The notes beneath the pieces were generated by a model. That model had not been told where the DNA came from. It worked only from the letters and a program-made list of their open reading frames with translations, and ran no database searches. The position numbers and the translations under genes were made by a program. Shown here piece by piece: positions 19,818 to 29,042 of a DNA stretch of 64,000 nucleotides. How positions within the stretch are numbered: the first letter of the stretch is position 1; every line of letters starts with the position of its first letter. The stretch comes from an uncultured bacterium (GTDB taxonomy: Bacteria > AUK180), in assembly GCA_937863565.1 (NCBI GenBank), contig CALMGJ010000009.1, forward strand, positions 62,001 to 126,000, read 5' to 3'.

Positions 19818-20044
19818 AAAGATTTACGATCCACTTGAACGAAGAGTTCTGCAAAGGATGTCAGATCTGCGAGATCATCTGTCCGCAGAAGGTCTTCAAG
19901 CAGGGGGAGCGCATCTCTCCGTCGGGGTATATCCTGATAGATATAGTTCTTCCGGAGAAATGCGTAGGCTGCAGGTCCTGCGAACTTATGTGCCCTGACC
20001 AGGCCATCGTGATAATCCCTGAGGAGGATTCAGATGAAAAGTAA
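19814..20044 (+). CDS. korD: 2x[4Fe-4S] delta subunit of 2-oxoacid:ferredoxin oxidoreductase
   Basis: CKGCQICEIICP and CVGCRSCELMCP; directly precedes the alpha subunit. Confidence 0.88.
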   Translation: MKRFTIHLNEEFCKGCQICEIICPQKVFKQGERISPSGYILIDIVLPEKCVGCRSCELMCPDQAIVIIPEEDSDEK

Positions 20045-21167
20045 ACGCGAGGCGCCGGCTTTGAAAGAAGGAAGATATCTTCTTTCGGGCAATGAGGCCT
20101 GCGCCGAAGGCGCCATTACGGCCGGCTGCAGGTTCTTCGCGGGTTATCCCATAACACCTGCCAGCGAAGTGATGACACAGATCGTCAACCGCTTTCCCGA
20201 AGTAGGGGGAAAATTCATCCAGATGGAAGACGAGATCGGTTCTATGGCCGCGCTTATCGGCGCAAGCTGGGGCGGGATCAAATCCATGACGGCGACATCC
20301 GGGCCGGGATTCTCACTCATGCAGGAGAACATCGGACTTGCCATCATCACGGAAACACCATGCGTCGTCGTGAACGTTCAAAGGAGCGGACCGTCAACGG
20401 GACAGGCCACGAAAGTTGCCCAGGGAGATATCATTCAGTCGCGCTGGGGAACGCACGGGGAGCATCAGAGCGTCGTCATAGCCCCTTACTCCGTTCAGAG
20501 CGCTTTCGATCTGGCCGTCGAGGCTTTCAATCTTTCCGAGATGTTCAGAACACCGGTTATTTTCCTTATGGACGAAGCCGTGTCGCATACGAGGGAAACC
20601 CTCGTCATACGCGGCGGGTATCAGGTATATGACCGCATCAATAACGGCGAAACACCTCCTTTCGGCGGAAAACTAGTTCCTGATATGCCCCGCTTCGGAG
20701 AAGGAAAGAAGCTGCTCATCACAGGGTCCACCCACGATTCGAAGGGGGAGAGGAAAACCTCGGATTCCCGTGCACAGAACGACCTTGTTAAACGCCTGAA
20801 CGATAAAATAGAGAAGAACAGGGAGATGCTCGAGCGCTACGAGGAGTACAGAACGGAGGACGCCGACCATATTTTCGTATCATTCGGAATTTCGGCAAGG
20901 AGCGCGCGGGAAGCGGTAGACAGGCTCCGTGCAGACGGAATAAAGGCAGGTCTTATAACGGTGATATCCGTTTGGCCTTTCCCCGACGGGATCATCGCCG
21001 ATTTTTCCAAACGCGTGAAAAGGATCTTCGTTCCCGAACTCAATCTCGGCCAGATGAGAACACAGGTCGAGAGGATCTCCCGATGCGACGTGATAGGAAT
21101 AAATAAGGTGAATTCAGAACCGCTTTATCCTTCCGAGATCATCGAGGAATTCAGGAGGCACAAATGA
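20034..21167 (+). CDS. korA: 2-oxoacid:ferredoxin oxidoreductase alpha subunit
   Basis: GNEA, GYPITP, QMEDE, TATSGPG, QRSGPSTG. Confidence 0.92.
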   Translation: MKSKREAPALKEGRYLLSGNEACAEGAITAGCRFFAGYPITPASEVMTQIVNRFPEVGGKFIQMEDEIGSMAALIGASWGGIKSMTATSGPGFSLMQENIGLAIITETPCVVVNVQRSGPSTGQATKVAQGDIIQSRWGTHGEHQSVVIAPYSVQSAFDLAVEAFNLSEMFRTPVIFLMDEAVSHTRETLVIRGGYQVYDRINNGETPPFGGKLVPDMPRFGEGKKLLITGSTHDSKGERKTSDSRAQNDLVKRLNDKIEKNREMLERYEEYRTEDADHIFVSFGISARSAREAVDRLRADGIKAGLITVISVWPFPDGIIADFSKRVKRIFVPELNLGQMRTQVERISRCDVIGINKVNSEPLYPSEIIEEFRRHK

Positions 21168-21916
21168 AAGAGAATCCCGTTTTCAATTATTTAAGACGTG
21201 AATCACTGCCTCTAAAATTCTGTCCGGGCTGCGGACACGGGATCATACTCGGGGCCGTGGCAAGGGCGATCGACGAGCTCAAGCTCGATATGGATAAGAT
21301 GGTCTTCGTGTCAGGTATAGGTTGTGCGGGGTGGATCTCTTCGCCGAACCTCAATGCGGACACTCTGCATACAACGCACGGCAGGGCTATCCCGGCCGCG
21401 ACCGGCGTTAAAACGGCAAGGCCGGACCTTAATGTCGTAGTGATATCCGGTGACGGGGACCTGGCCACAATCGGCGGCAATCATCTAATACACGCGGCCC
21501 GCAGGAACATCCCGATGACGGTGATCTGCGCCAACAACAGCATCTACGGAATGACGGGCGGACAAACTTCGGGAACGACGCCGAAAGGCATAAAGACAGT
21601 GACCGATCCGCAGGGGAATATTTATGACGGCTTCGACCTTGCGCCGCTTGTAAAAGCAGCCGGCGCAGCATATGTGGCGAGATACACGACCTTTCATGTG
21701 AGGGAGCTTATCCGGGCCGTTAAAACCGCACTTAAAGGAAACGGCTTCTCTTTCATAGAAGCGGTTTCTCAATGCCCTACGCATTACGGAAAATCCGTGG
21801 GACAGCAGGCGGCGGAGATGCTGACTTTTTTCAAGGAAAAAAGCGTGACCATCAAAAGAGCAAAAGAGATGAGTCCCGATGAACTTGCGGGTAAGATCAC
21901 GATCGGAGAGTTTTAA
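21164..21916 (+). CDS. korB: 2-oxoacid:ferredoxin oxidoreductase beta subunit (TPP-binding)
   Basis: CPGCG, SGIGC, HGR, GDGD..IG.NH, NN.IYGMTGGQ, CPT. Confidence 0.92.
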   Translation: MKENPVFNYLRRESLPLKFCPGCGHGIILGAVARAIDELKLDMDKMVFVSGIGCAGWISSPNLNADTLHTTHGRAIPAATGVKTARPDLNVVVISGDGDLATIGGNHLIHAARRNIPMTVICANNSIYGMTGGQTSGTTPKGIKTVTDPQGNIYDGFDLAPLVKAAGAAYVARYTTFHVRELIRAVKTALKGNGFSFIEAVSQCPTHYGKSVGQQAAEMLTFFKEKSVTIKRAKEMSPDELAGKITIGEF

Positions 21917-22443
21917 TGAAAAAAGAGATCATTTTCACCGGTATAGGCGGGCAGGGCATCTTAAAATCAGCGATATTGCTGGCGCATGCCGCTAATTCGA
22001 GCGGGTTCCAGGTGGTGCAAGCTGCCAGCTACGATGCCGCTGCGAGAGGTTCCGTTACTGAGGCCGAAGTTCTGTTCTCCGACAGCCCCATCGCTTTTCC
22101 TCATTGCGAAAACGCCGATATCCACCTTTCAATGAACGAGAAGGCATATCTTAAATATAAAGCGCTTCTAAAGAAAGACGGCCTTCTTATATTCGACAGT
22201 TCTGTGTTCAAACCCGCGGATGAAGCTGACGGAATATACGGGATCCCCGCAACGGAAATGGCGCTTAAGGACCTTAAGAAATCTTTTTTATCGAACATCA
22301 TCCTTCTCGGCGCATTATCATTTTTTATGAAAGATATCAAGCCTGAAATTTTCGACGCCTCTTTGAAGGAGAATTTCGGGAAGCATTATGAATTGAATCT
22401 GAAGGCCTTCAATAACGGCCGGGAGTATTTTGAAAAAAGATAA
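21916..22443 (+). CDS. korC: 2-oxoacid:ferredoxin oxidoreductase gamma subunit
   Basis: G.GGQG, SY....RG, IPAT, N...LGA, N.KAF..G. Confidence 0.88.
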   Translation: MKKEIIFTGIGGQGILKSAILLAHAANSSGFQVVQAASYDAAARGSVTEAEVLFSDSPIAFPHCENADIHLSMNEKAYLKYKALLKKDGLLIFDSSVFKPADEADGIYGIPATEMALKDLKKSFLSNIILLGALSFFMKDIKPEIFDASLKENFGKHYELNLKAFNNGREYFEKR

Positions 22444-22981
22444 GATACTGATACATATCTGCTGCGCTCCCGACGCCTGCTACTCGATCCCGGCGCTCAG
22501 GAAAGATTACGAGCCTTGCGGGTTATTCTACAATCCCAATATCCAACCGCGGGAAGAATACGAAAAAAGACTGGCCCACGTCGTCCGGCTTGCTAACATT
22601 CAGAAATGGCCTCTCAGGGAAGGGAAATACGAAACCGTGCGGTGGCAAGAAGCTGTAAAAGGCTGCGAAGATCTCGGGGAGCATTCAAGGAGGTGTTTCC
22701 TTTGCATACGGAATTCCCTTCTTTACACGGCCGCCGGAACCGCGGGCACCGGGATCAAGTATTTCACGACGACTTTGACAAATTCGCCGAGGAAAAGTAT
22801 AAAAATGATCGAAGAAGCGGCCGCCGAAGCCGAGAATGCTACGGGGGCGGTATATGTGAGAACGGATTTTAAAAAGAGGGACGGGTATCTCAGAAGTACC
22901 CGCATATCAAAGATTCTGGGCATCTACAGGCAGAACTACTGCGGATGTCTTTACAGTCTCAGGGAGAAGATAGATGAATGA
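22430..22981 (+). CDS. queH: Epoxyqueuosine reductase QueH
   Basis: HICCAPD, FYNPNIQP..EY.KR, RCFLC, YRQNYCGC. Confidence 0.9.
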   Translation: MKKDKILIHICCAPDACYSIPALRKDYEPCGLFYNPNIQPREEYEKRLAHVVRLANIQKWPLREGKYETVRWQEAVKGCEDLGEHSRRCFLCIRNSLLYTAAGTAGTGIKYFTTTLTNSPRKSIKMIEEAAAEAENATGAVYVRTDFKKRDGYLRSTRISKILGIYRQNYCGCLYSLREKIDE

Positions 22982-23993
22982 AAAGATTCTAAAGGCGCTC
23001 AGAGGCGTCAATTATCCGGGTTATGAGAGAGATATCGTTGATTTCCGGATCGTGAGCGGGGCAGAAATGGAAGGGAATAGGATCACTGTCGGCATCAAGA
23101 ACATTTTAAAACCCGAAATACGGGCAGCGCTGGAGAAGGATATCCGGGAAACGCTTTTAAAGACCTTTCCGGGTAAAACGGTTTCAGTCTCTTTCAAGGA
23201 GAGCGGCGCGGAAGAGAAGAAAGAGAAAAAACTTTCAAATATCAAACATGTCATCGCAGTAGGTTCCGGAAAGGGCGGTGTAGGGAAATCTACAGTAGCC
23301 GTCAACCTTGCGCGGGCCATGGCCGGTCAAGGCGCGTCCGTCGGACTTCTTGACGCGGATATCTGGGGCCCCTCGGTCCATATCCTGACCGGAAAAGAGA
23401 AAGGCGAGATCTTCGTGAACGAGAATAAGAAAATGATCCCCGTGGAAAGCCACGGTATGCATGTCATGTCAATAGGTTTTTTCATTGAAGAGAACAACCC
23501 CGTTATCTGGCGCGGACCTCTTGTGGTTGGAGCACTGCGTCAGCTCATGGACGATGTGGCCTGGCCTGATCTGGATTACCTGTTCATAGATATGCCGCCC
23601 GGAACCGGGGATATTCAATTATCTCTTGCTCAGGACGCGAAGATCGATGGGATCGTCATCATTACAACACCGCAGAAGGTTGCCTATGTGGATGCGATCA
23701 AAGGCATCCTCATGTTCCGGAAAATGGATATGCCCGTTATCGGCATCGTCGAAAATATGAGCTACTTCCAATGCCCCGATACCGGGAAAAAGTATCCCAT
23801 TTTCGGAGAAGGAGGCGGAGATCATGTATCTGAGAAATACGGTGTGCCCCTTCTTGGAAGGATACCGATAGAGGAGATCGTGGTGCGGTCGAGCGATGAA
23901 GGGGCTCCTGTCGTGGACAGATATCCGGATTCTCTTTCAGCCAAGGCTTACGGGGAGATCGCAAGTACCATTACCCGGTATTTTAATGGGTGA
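22974..23993 (+). CDS. mrp: Mrp/ApbC (NBP35) Fe-S cluster carrier ATPase
   Basis: SGKGGVGKST, DADIWGPS, WRGP, DMPPGTGD, ENMS..CP. Confidence 0.93.
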   Translation: MNEKILKALRGVNYPGYERDIVDFRIVSGAEMEGNRITVGIKNILKPEIRAALEKDIRETLLKTFPGKTVSVSFKESGAEEKKEKKLSNIKHVIAVGSGKGGVGKSTVAVNLARAMAGQGASVGLLDADIWGPSVHILTGKEKGEIFVNENKKMIPVESHGMHVMSIGFFIEENNPVIWRGPLVVGALRQLMDDVAWPDLDYLFIDMPPGTGDIQLSLAQDAKIDGIVIITTPQKVAYVDAIKGILMFRKMDMPVIGIVENMSYFQCPDTGKKYPIFGEGGGDHVSEKYGVPLLGRIPIEEIVVRSSDEGAPVVDRYPDSLSAKAYGEIASTITRYFNG

Positions 23994-26451
23994 CAGTTTC
24001 GAGTATCACGGCATTACTATCGGAACGCGCCACTTAAAGGGGCGCCTTTCCTGTCTTGATATCGCATTTTTCCTTTGCCCTGCAAAAAGCGCCTTCACCT
24101 ATGAAGCCCTTTGCTTTGATCTCGGGATCGATCCCGCGAACCCGGAAAGCGGAAAGGCTGCAGTAGAGGCTCTTTGCTCATCCTTTCTTGCAAAACCGGA
24201 ACCCCTCCGATCTTTCATCCTCTCTGCCTTGAGAGATATTTCGGTTTTTCCCTCCTTCTCGCATTTCAACGGAATATTCGATATACTCCGCACGAATTCC
24301 GGGGAAGGCGTGCTGTGCGCCGGAAAAGCGGCGGACCTTGATCTGAAGGACCTTTTTTCGGCGATCACCTCTAATTCTAAAAAAACGCCGATAAGGCTCG
24401 ATACGGCGGAAATCCCCGACGATAAGATCGATGAGATCTATGAGGAAATACTGCGTATCAAGTCCAAGGACGGTTTCAGGAAAAGGAATTCTCAGATACA
24501 GCTTTCACGAGAGATCAATACATGCATCGGCAAGGGCAATTGCCTTGTCATAGAAGCTCCGACCGGGACCGGAAAGACAATAGGGTATCTCATTCCCGCG
24601 ATTCTTCATTCTTATTATGAAAAGCAGCCCATCTTCATCTCGACGTTCACAAGATCCCTTCAGATGCAAGTATATAAGAAAGACCTGAATTTCCTAAGGG
24701 ACATCATACCCGTTCCGTCGGCCAGCGTCCTTTTCGGGAGGGAGAACTATCCGTGCATACTGAAGATCGATCTTCTCAACAGGGGACGGACCGAACTTCT
24801 CGGGAACGAGAACGATGCCGTGATCTTCTTCGGAATCGTTTCCCAGTACCTTGATTCCTTCATCGAAGAAAGTCTCCCCTCGTATATTTTCCCGGAAGGG
24901 GTTGTGACCGAGAATGAATTCTCACAGATCTTTTTCGAGATCTGCGCAAGGAAGGAGGACTGCCCCTCCAGGAAATGCAGGTTTTTTAAGGAATGCCCAT
25001 ATTTCAATGCCGTAGCGGATATAAAAAGATCCAACATCGTCATCGTCAATCATTGGAACCTCATCTCCTATATTGCAGAGGGTGAATTCAAGAACATCAA
25101 GTGCATAATAGACGAAGCGGATAAATTCCCCGATGCCGCGGCGAATGTTTACTCGAGCGAGCTCAATAATTTTCTCATCTTCCGATTTTTAAGAGGAATA
25201 TCGTACGCGAAAAAAAATTCGGTGAAGACATTCGAACAGCTCTTCTATCAGATCAAAGGCATACCGTACAAGGAAAAAAGGGAAGCGCTCGCAGGTATAC
25301 GCAAGGATGTGCGCGAAATCCGCTCCCTTTTACTCGAACCGGGATTGGGCGGCGACCGGTCCGAGGTCAATCTTTACGATGCCATCGGCGATCCGATTCA
25401 TTCGAGTAAATTCGCTTTTCTGAGAAAACTCGCCTTATCGATCGAATCTCTCATCTTGAAACTGGCCGGAATACAGAAAAAATACGAGGAGGAGCTGCAG
25501 AAGGAACTTTACGCGAATATTAAACTCGTTAATGCGATCGAGAACATGACATATTGTTTGGACACGATCAGAAAGGCCTTGAACGAGGATGCTTTCGTGG
25601 AGGGAACCGAATTCGTTGCCATTTTCCGGGTCAACGTGAACGGGTGGGACCTTGACATAGTGCCTGTTCTCGTATCAGGGCTCTTGAACGAACTCTTTTA
25701 CCCGAAGATGGCCTCAATGGTGCATACATCCGCTACGATATCCGTAGGAGGAACGCCGGAGTATTTTTCACAGTTGAGCGGAATAGACGATTTCGACTGG
25801 AAGCAGCTTAATTCGCCGTTCGATCTGAAAAATCAGATGCGGATCATGATCATGAACAATATCCCCGCATATTCTTTCGGCGATAAAGACGGTTTCAGAA
25901 GGAGTTGCGCGGAAACTCTGAAGGACCTGATAGGACATTTCAAGGGCAGGTTGATGATCCTTTTTACCAGTTATGATGATATGCAGTACACGTATGATGC
26001 GCTGAATGACGGCTCCCTCTCTTCCTCGCTGCTTCTTCAGAAGCAGGGTATCTGGTACAGGGAATACATCAATGAGCGTTTCAGAACGAGCCCTGATTGC
26101 GTGCTGTTCGGAGTAAAAGCGTACTGGTACGGCGTAGATTTTCCGGGTGAACTTTTAAAATACCTTATCATCTATAAGCTGCCCTATCTTCCGCCGGCGG
26201 ATATCCTTGTTAAAAAGCGCGGCGCGCTCATAGAGGATTATGTGAAGAAAGAGGCCCAGATGGCCTTCAAGCAGGCAGTGGGGAGGCTTATCAGGACGGA
26301 AACGGACAAGGGCGGAGTGTTCATCCTCGATAAGAGAGTGCTTCTTCGGGATAATTACGAGACTTTTATAAAAGAGATCTCTTCGGATATAGCTGTGGAT
26401 ACTGCTACGACGGAATCGGCCATACGCTATATAGACGAGTTCCTGCTTTAA
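23986..26451 (+). CDS. DinG/YoaA-family SF2 helicase
   Basis: Q motif (R.SQ), EAPTGTGKT, GRENYPC plus Cys cluster, IIDEAD, TSAT, SPF, LFTSY, GVDFPG, KLPY, QAVGRLIR. Start taken at MGDSF (ORF track gives 23896). Confidence 0.88.
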   Translation: MGDSFEYHGITIGTRHLKGRLSCLDIAFFLCPAKSAFTYEALCFDLGIDPANPESGKAAVEALCSSFLAKPEPLRSFILSALRDISVFPSFSHFNGIFDILRTNSGEGVLCAGKAADLDLKDLFSAITSNSKKTPIRLDTAEIPDDKIDEIYEEILRIKSKDGFRKRNSQIQLSREINTCIGKGNCLVIEAPTGTGKTIGYLIPAILHSYYEKQPIFISTFTRSLQMQVYKKDLNFLRDIIPVPSASVLFGRENYPCILKIDLLNRGRTELLGNENDAVIFFGIVSQYLDSFIEESLPSYIFPEGVVTENEFSQIFFEICARKEDCPSRKCRFFKECPYFNAVADIKRSNIVIVNHWNLISYIAEGEFKNIKCIIDEADKFPDAAANVYSSELNNFLIFRFLRGISYAKKNSVKTFEQLFYQIKGIPYKEKREALAGIRKDVREIRSLLLEPGLGGDRSEVNLYDAIGDPIHSSKFAFLRKLALSIESLILKLAGIQKKYEEELQKELYANIKLVNAIENMTYCLDTIRKALNEDAFVEGTEFVAIFRVNVNGWDLDIVPVLVSGLLNELFYPKMASMVHTSATISVGGTPEYFSQLSGIDDFDWKQLNSPFDLKNQMRIMIMNNIPAYSFGDKDGFRRSCAETLKDLIGHFKGRLMILFTSYDDMQYTYDALNDGSLSSSLLLQKQGIWYREYINERFRTSPDCVLFGVKAYWYGVDFPGELLKYLIIYKLPYLPPADILVKKRGALIEDYVKKEAQMAFKQAVGRLIRTETDKGGVFILDKRVLLRDNYETFIKEISSDIAVDTATTESAIRYIDEFLL

Positions 26452-27264
26452 GTGGAGGTTGCGATGAGAATATTCAGATTTTTGCTTGCCGCGGTTTTCG
26501 CGGCCGCTTTTTTTGGGGGTTGTTCGCTGATAACCGGCATCATAGAGTTCAAAGACCCTGTGATCAAAACGGAAAAGGTGGAGCTTCTTTCCTTTGATTT
26601 CGAGAAGGCCACAGTAAGGGCGCGCCTGAGGATAGAGAATCCAAATGCCTTCCCAGTTCCCGTTTTAAAGGCTTTCGGGAGCGTTCTGATCGGAGATCGG
26701 ACCTTCTTTACTTTCGAGACGCCTGCTTCGGTCACTGTACCCGCCGCGGGAAGCGCCGAACTCATTGTCGATACCGGCGTACCTTTTGCGGATATTCCTG
26801 ATATTATAAGGATCCTTACGGAAAATGAAACGGTAAAGATCGGATTCTCCGCCAATATCAACTGTAAAACGGAAGTGATAAACGTGAATATCCCGTTCTC
26901 CTACCAGTGCGACCTGAGATTGCCGCGTCTTCCCAAGATCTCTCTTAAAGGTACGAAGGTTGAGAGAATTTCGCTCACCGGGGCAACGGTAATAGTGACG
27001 CTGCAAGCCGAGAATCCGAATATGTTCCCCGTTCAGGGTTTCGATCTTTCTGCCGATGTTCTTCTTTCCGGGACAAAGATCACAACGGTCTCGCAGAGCA
27101 TCTCCATCCCTGCGGGTTCTTCCGCCTCAATGCCTTTTTTAGTGAACATAGATGCCGCTTCTGTAGGTATCGCCATATTCAAGAGCATAAAGGCCAACAG
27201 TTTCGATCTTGGTTTTTCCGGGATTCTGAAAACTCCTCTCGGAGAATCCGCAGTTGCGTTCTAA
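26452..27264 (+). CDS. Lipoprotein with two LEA_2 (WHy-like) domains
   Basis: Signal peptide ending FFGGC; two NPN.FP motifs (ENPNAFP, ENPNMFP). Confidence 0.8.
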   Translation: MEVAMRIFRFLLAAVFAAAFFGGCSLITGIIEFKDPVIKTEKVELLSFDFEKATVRARLRIENPNAFPVPVLKAFGSVLIGDRTFFTFETPASVTVPAAGSAELIVDTGVPFADIPDIIRILTENETVKIGFSANINCKTEVINVNIPFSYQCDLRLPRLPKISLKGTKVERISLTGATVIVTLQAENPNMFPVQGFDLSADVLLSGTKITTVSQSISIPAGSSASMPFLVNIDAASVGIAIFKSIKANSFDLGFSGILKTPLGESAVAF

Positions 27265-29042
27265 CGTGTAATAAGAAGAAGGTCCCTGTAGTATTCGCTC
27301 GTTCTCATCAATTCATCATGAGTGCCTATCTCATGGATCCCGCCGTCCTTGAGAACGATGATCCTGTCCATTACGGAAAGCGTATACGGCCTGTAGGATA
27401 TCATGAACACGGTGCGATCCTTCAATTCCTTCGATAGCTGTTTTAAAAGAGTGAATTCGGTTTCAGGGTCCAAAGAGGATGTTATATCGTCAAATACGTA
27501 TATACAGTGCTCTTCCACGAGCGTCCGGGCGATGGCTATCCTCTGCATTTGACCGCCGGAAATGCTTTTCCCGCCGCTGCCGAGCTGCGCCGTAAGGCCT
27601 TCTTCGAACTCCGAAAGGTCTTTCCCGAACTGGGCTATCTCGATAGCTCTCAGAACGACCCTGTCATCTATGCGGTGATCGGCAAAGCGCACATTCTCGC
27701 GGATAGAGGAAGTGAAAAGAACGTTCTCCTGGGGCGTGTATCCGAAGAGCCGCGCGAGTGCGTCGTATGTAAGTCCGCAAACAGGCTCACCGTCTATTGT
27801 CACGCTGCCGCGAAGCGGCGGATATATGCCCATCATCGTTTTTATGAAAGTGGATTTGCCGCTGCCCACTTCTCCGATGATCCCGATCTTCTCTCCTTTT
27901 TTAAAACCGGCATTGATGTCTTTCAGCACGGGAGTATCGAACCCTATATCCGCGCCGCTAAAAACGATCTGCCCGGAGAACTTGTCCATTTTCCGCTCCC
28001 TCGGGCGCTCAAGCCATTCATCCCCGGAAAGATCGGCGATCCTGTCTATGTACGCTTTGGACCTGGCATACGAGAGAACGAAGAAACCTATCATGAACAT
28101 GGGGCCGATTAGCGTCATCAGATATTGCGAGAAGGCCACGAAATCTCCGAGTTTCATGGCCCCCTTAACAGCTATCAATCCGCCGAATATCAGAAATGCC
28201 GTGATGGAGAGGATGATGCCCAGCTGATAAAAGATGTCTACCATTCTTTCGTATTTAACGGCATCCATCTCGTAGGTCTTCCTCTCCTTCAGATTATCCT
28301 CAAAGAGCCTTGTGAATAAACTGAGCCGGTTCTTTACTTTGATGAAGATTATACCGCTGAAAGATGCGCCCATGAAATCACTTACCGATGAAACGAATTC
28401 CTGTACCTTTTTAAATTTCCGGTTCATCTTCTCTTCCGTGAAGAGAAGCAGCGCGATCACGATCGCGATCAGGGGAAGTATCGTAATGAGCGTAAGGGTC
28501 ACATTGATGCTCAAGAGCACCGCGCTTCCGAAAATGATGAGAAGAAGACCTTCCAATCCCCTGAAAATGCCTGACGACATGAACCAAGAAAGAGCGTCAA
28601 GATCGCTCTGCAGACGGGCCGAAATATCTCCGGATTCATATTTGTGGAAAAACTCGTTCCTGTATCCTGGGAACCTGTCGAATACTTCTTCCCTGATCTT
28701 GTTTGAAAAACTGAGATTCATCTTGAGCCGGTTGGATTGCAGCATTGTGTATGTTACTGCGATCGCAGCGCCTGACCCGATGAGAAGAAGTATATATTTT
28801 GCGATCTCGGTCATCGGGGCTCCGGATTCAAGGCCGTTGATGATGAAGCGCAGGATATACGGATAGAGGAGCACGAAAGCCGTATTGAACATCGTGAGCA
28901 CAATGATCGTCCAGAGGTTCTTCCTGTAGCCGCTCCACTGCTTTGAAATGAAGCCTAAGTATTTTTTCCCTCTATTCAAGGAAGCCTCCGAGGATATCAT
29001 TGTACCGTTTGTAAATGGTGCTTTTCTTCTGCAGTTCGTCAT
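27261..29042 (-). CDS. ABC exporter half-transporter (TMD+NBD); true start probably near 28979
   Basis: 6 TM, GEVGSGKS, ISGGQ, and non-canonical Walker B (FDD) and switch (SYR). Confidence 0.9.
   Translation of the reverse strand: MTNCRRKAPFTNGTMISSEASLNRGKKYLGFISKQWSGYRKNLWTIIVLTMFNTAFVLLYPYILRFIINGLESGAPMTEIAKYILLLIGSGAAIAVTYTMLQSNRLKMNLSFSNKIREEVFDRFPGYRNEFFHKYESGDISARLQSDLDALSWFMSSGIFRGLEGLLLIIFGSAVLLSINVTLTLITILPLIAIVIALLLFTEEKMNRKFKKVQEFVSSVSDFMGASFSGIIFIKVKNRLSLFTRLFEDNLKERKTYEMDAVKYERMVDIFYQLGIILSITAFLIFGGLIAVKGAMKLGDFVAFSQYLMTLIGPMFMIGFFVLSYARSKAYIDRIADLSGDEWLERPRERKMDKFSGQIVFSGADIGFDTPVLKDINAGFKKGEKIGIIGEVGSGKSTFIKTMMGIYPPLRGSVTIDGEPVCGLTYDALARLFGYTPQENVLFTSSIRENVRFADHRIDDRVVLRAIEIAQFGKDLSEFEEGLTAQLGSGGKSISGGQMQRIAIARTLVEEHCIYVFDDITSSLDPETEFTLLKQLSKELKDRTVFMISYRPYTLSVMDRIIVLKDGGIHEIGTHDELMRTSEYYRDLLLITR

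Noticed and set aside
23986-26451. DinG as a type IV CRISPR CasDinG or defence helicase
   Set aside because: No cas genes or repeat-spacer array are in the window, and the context is housekeeping.
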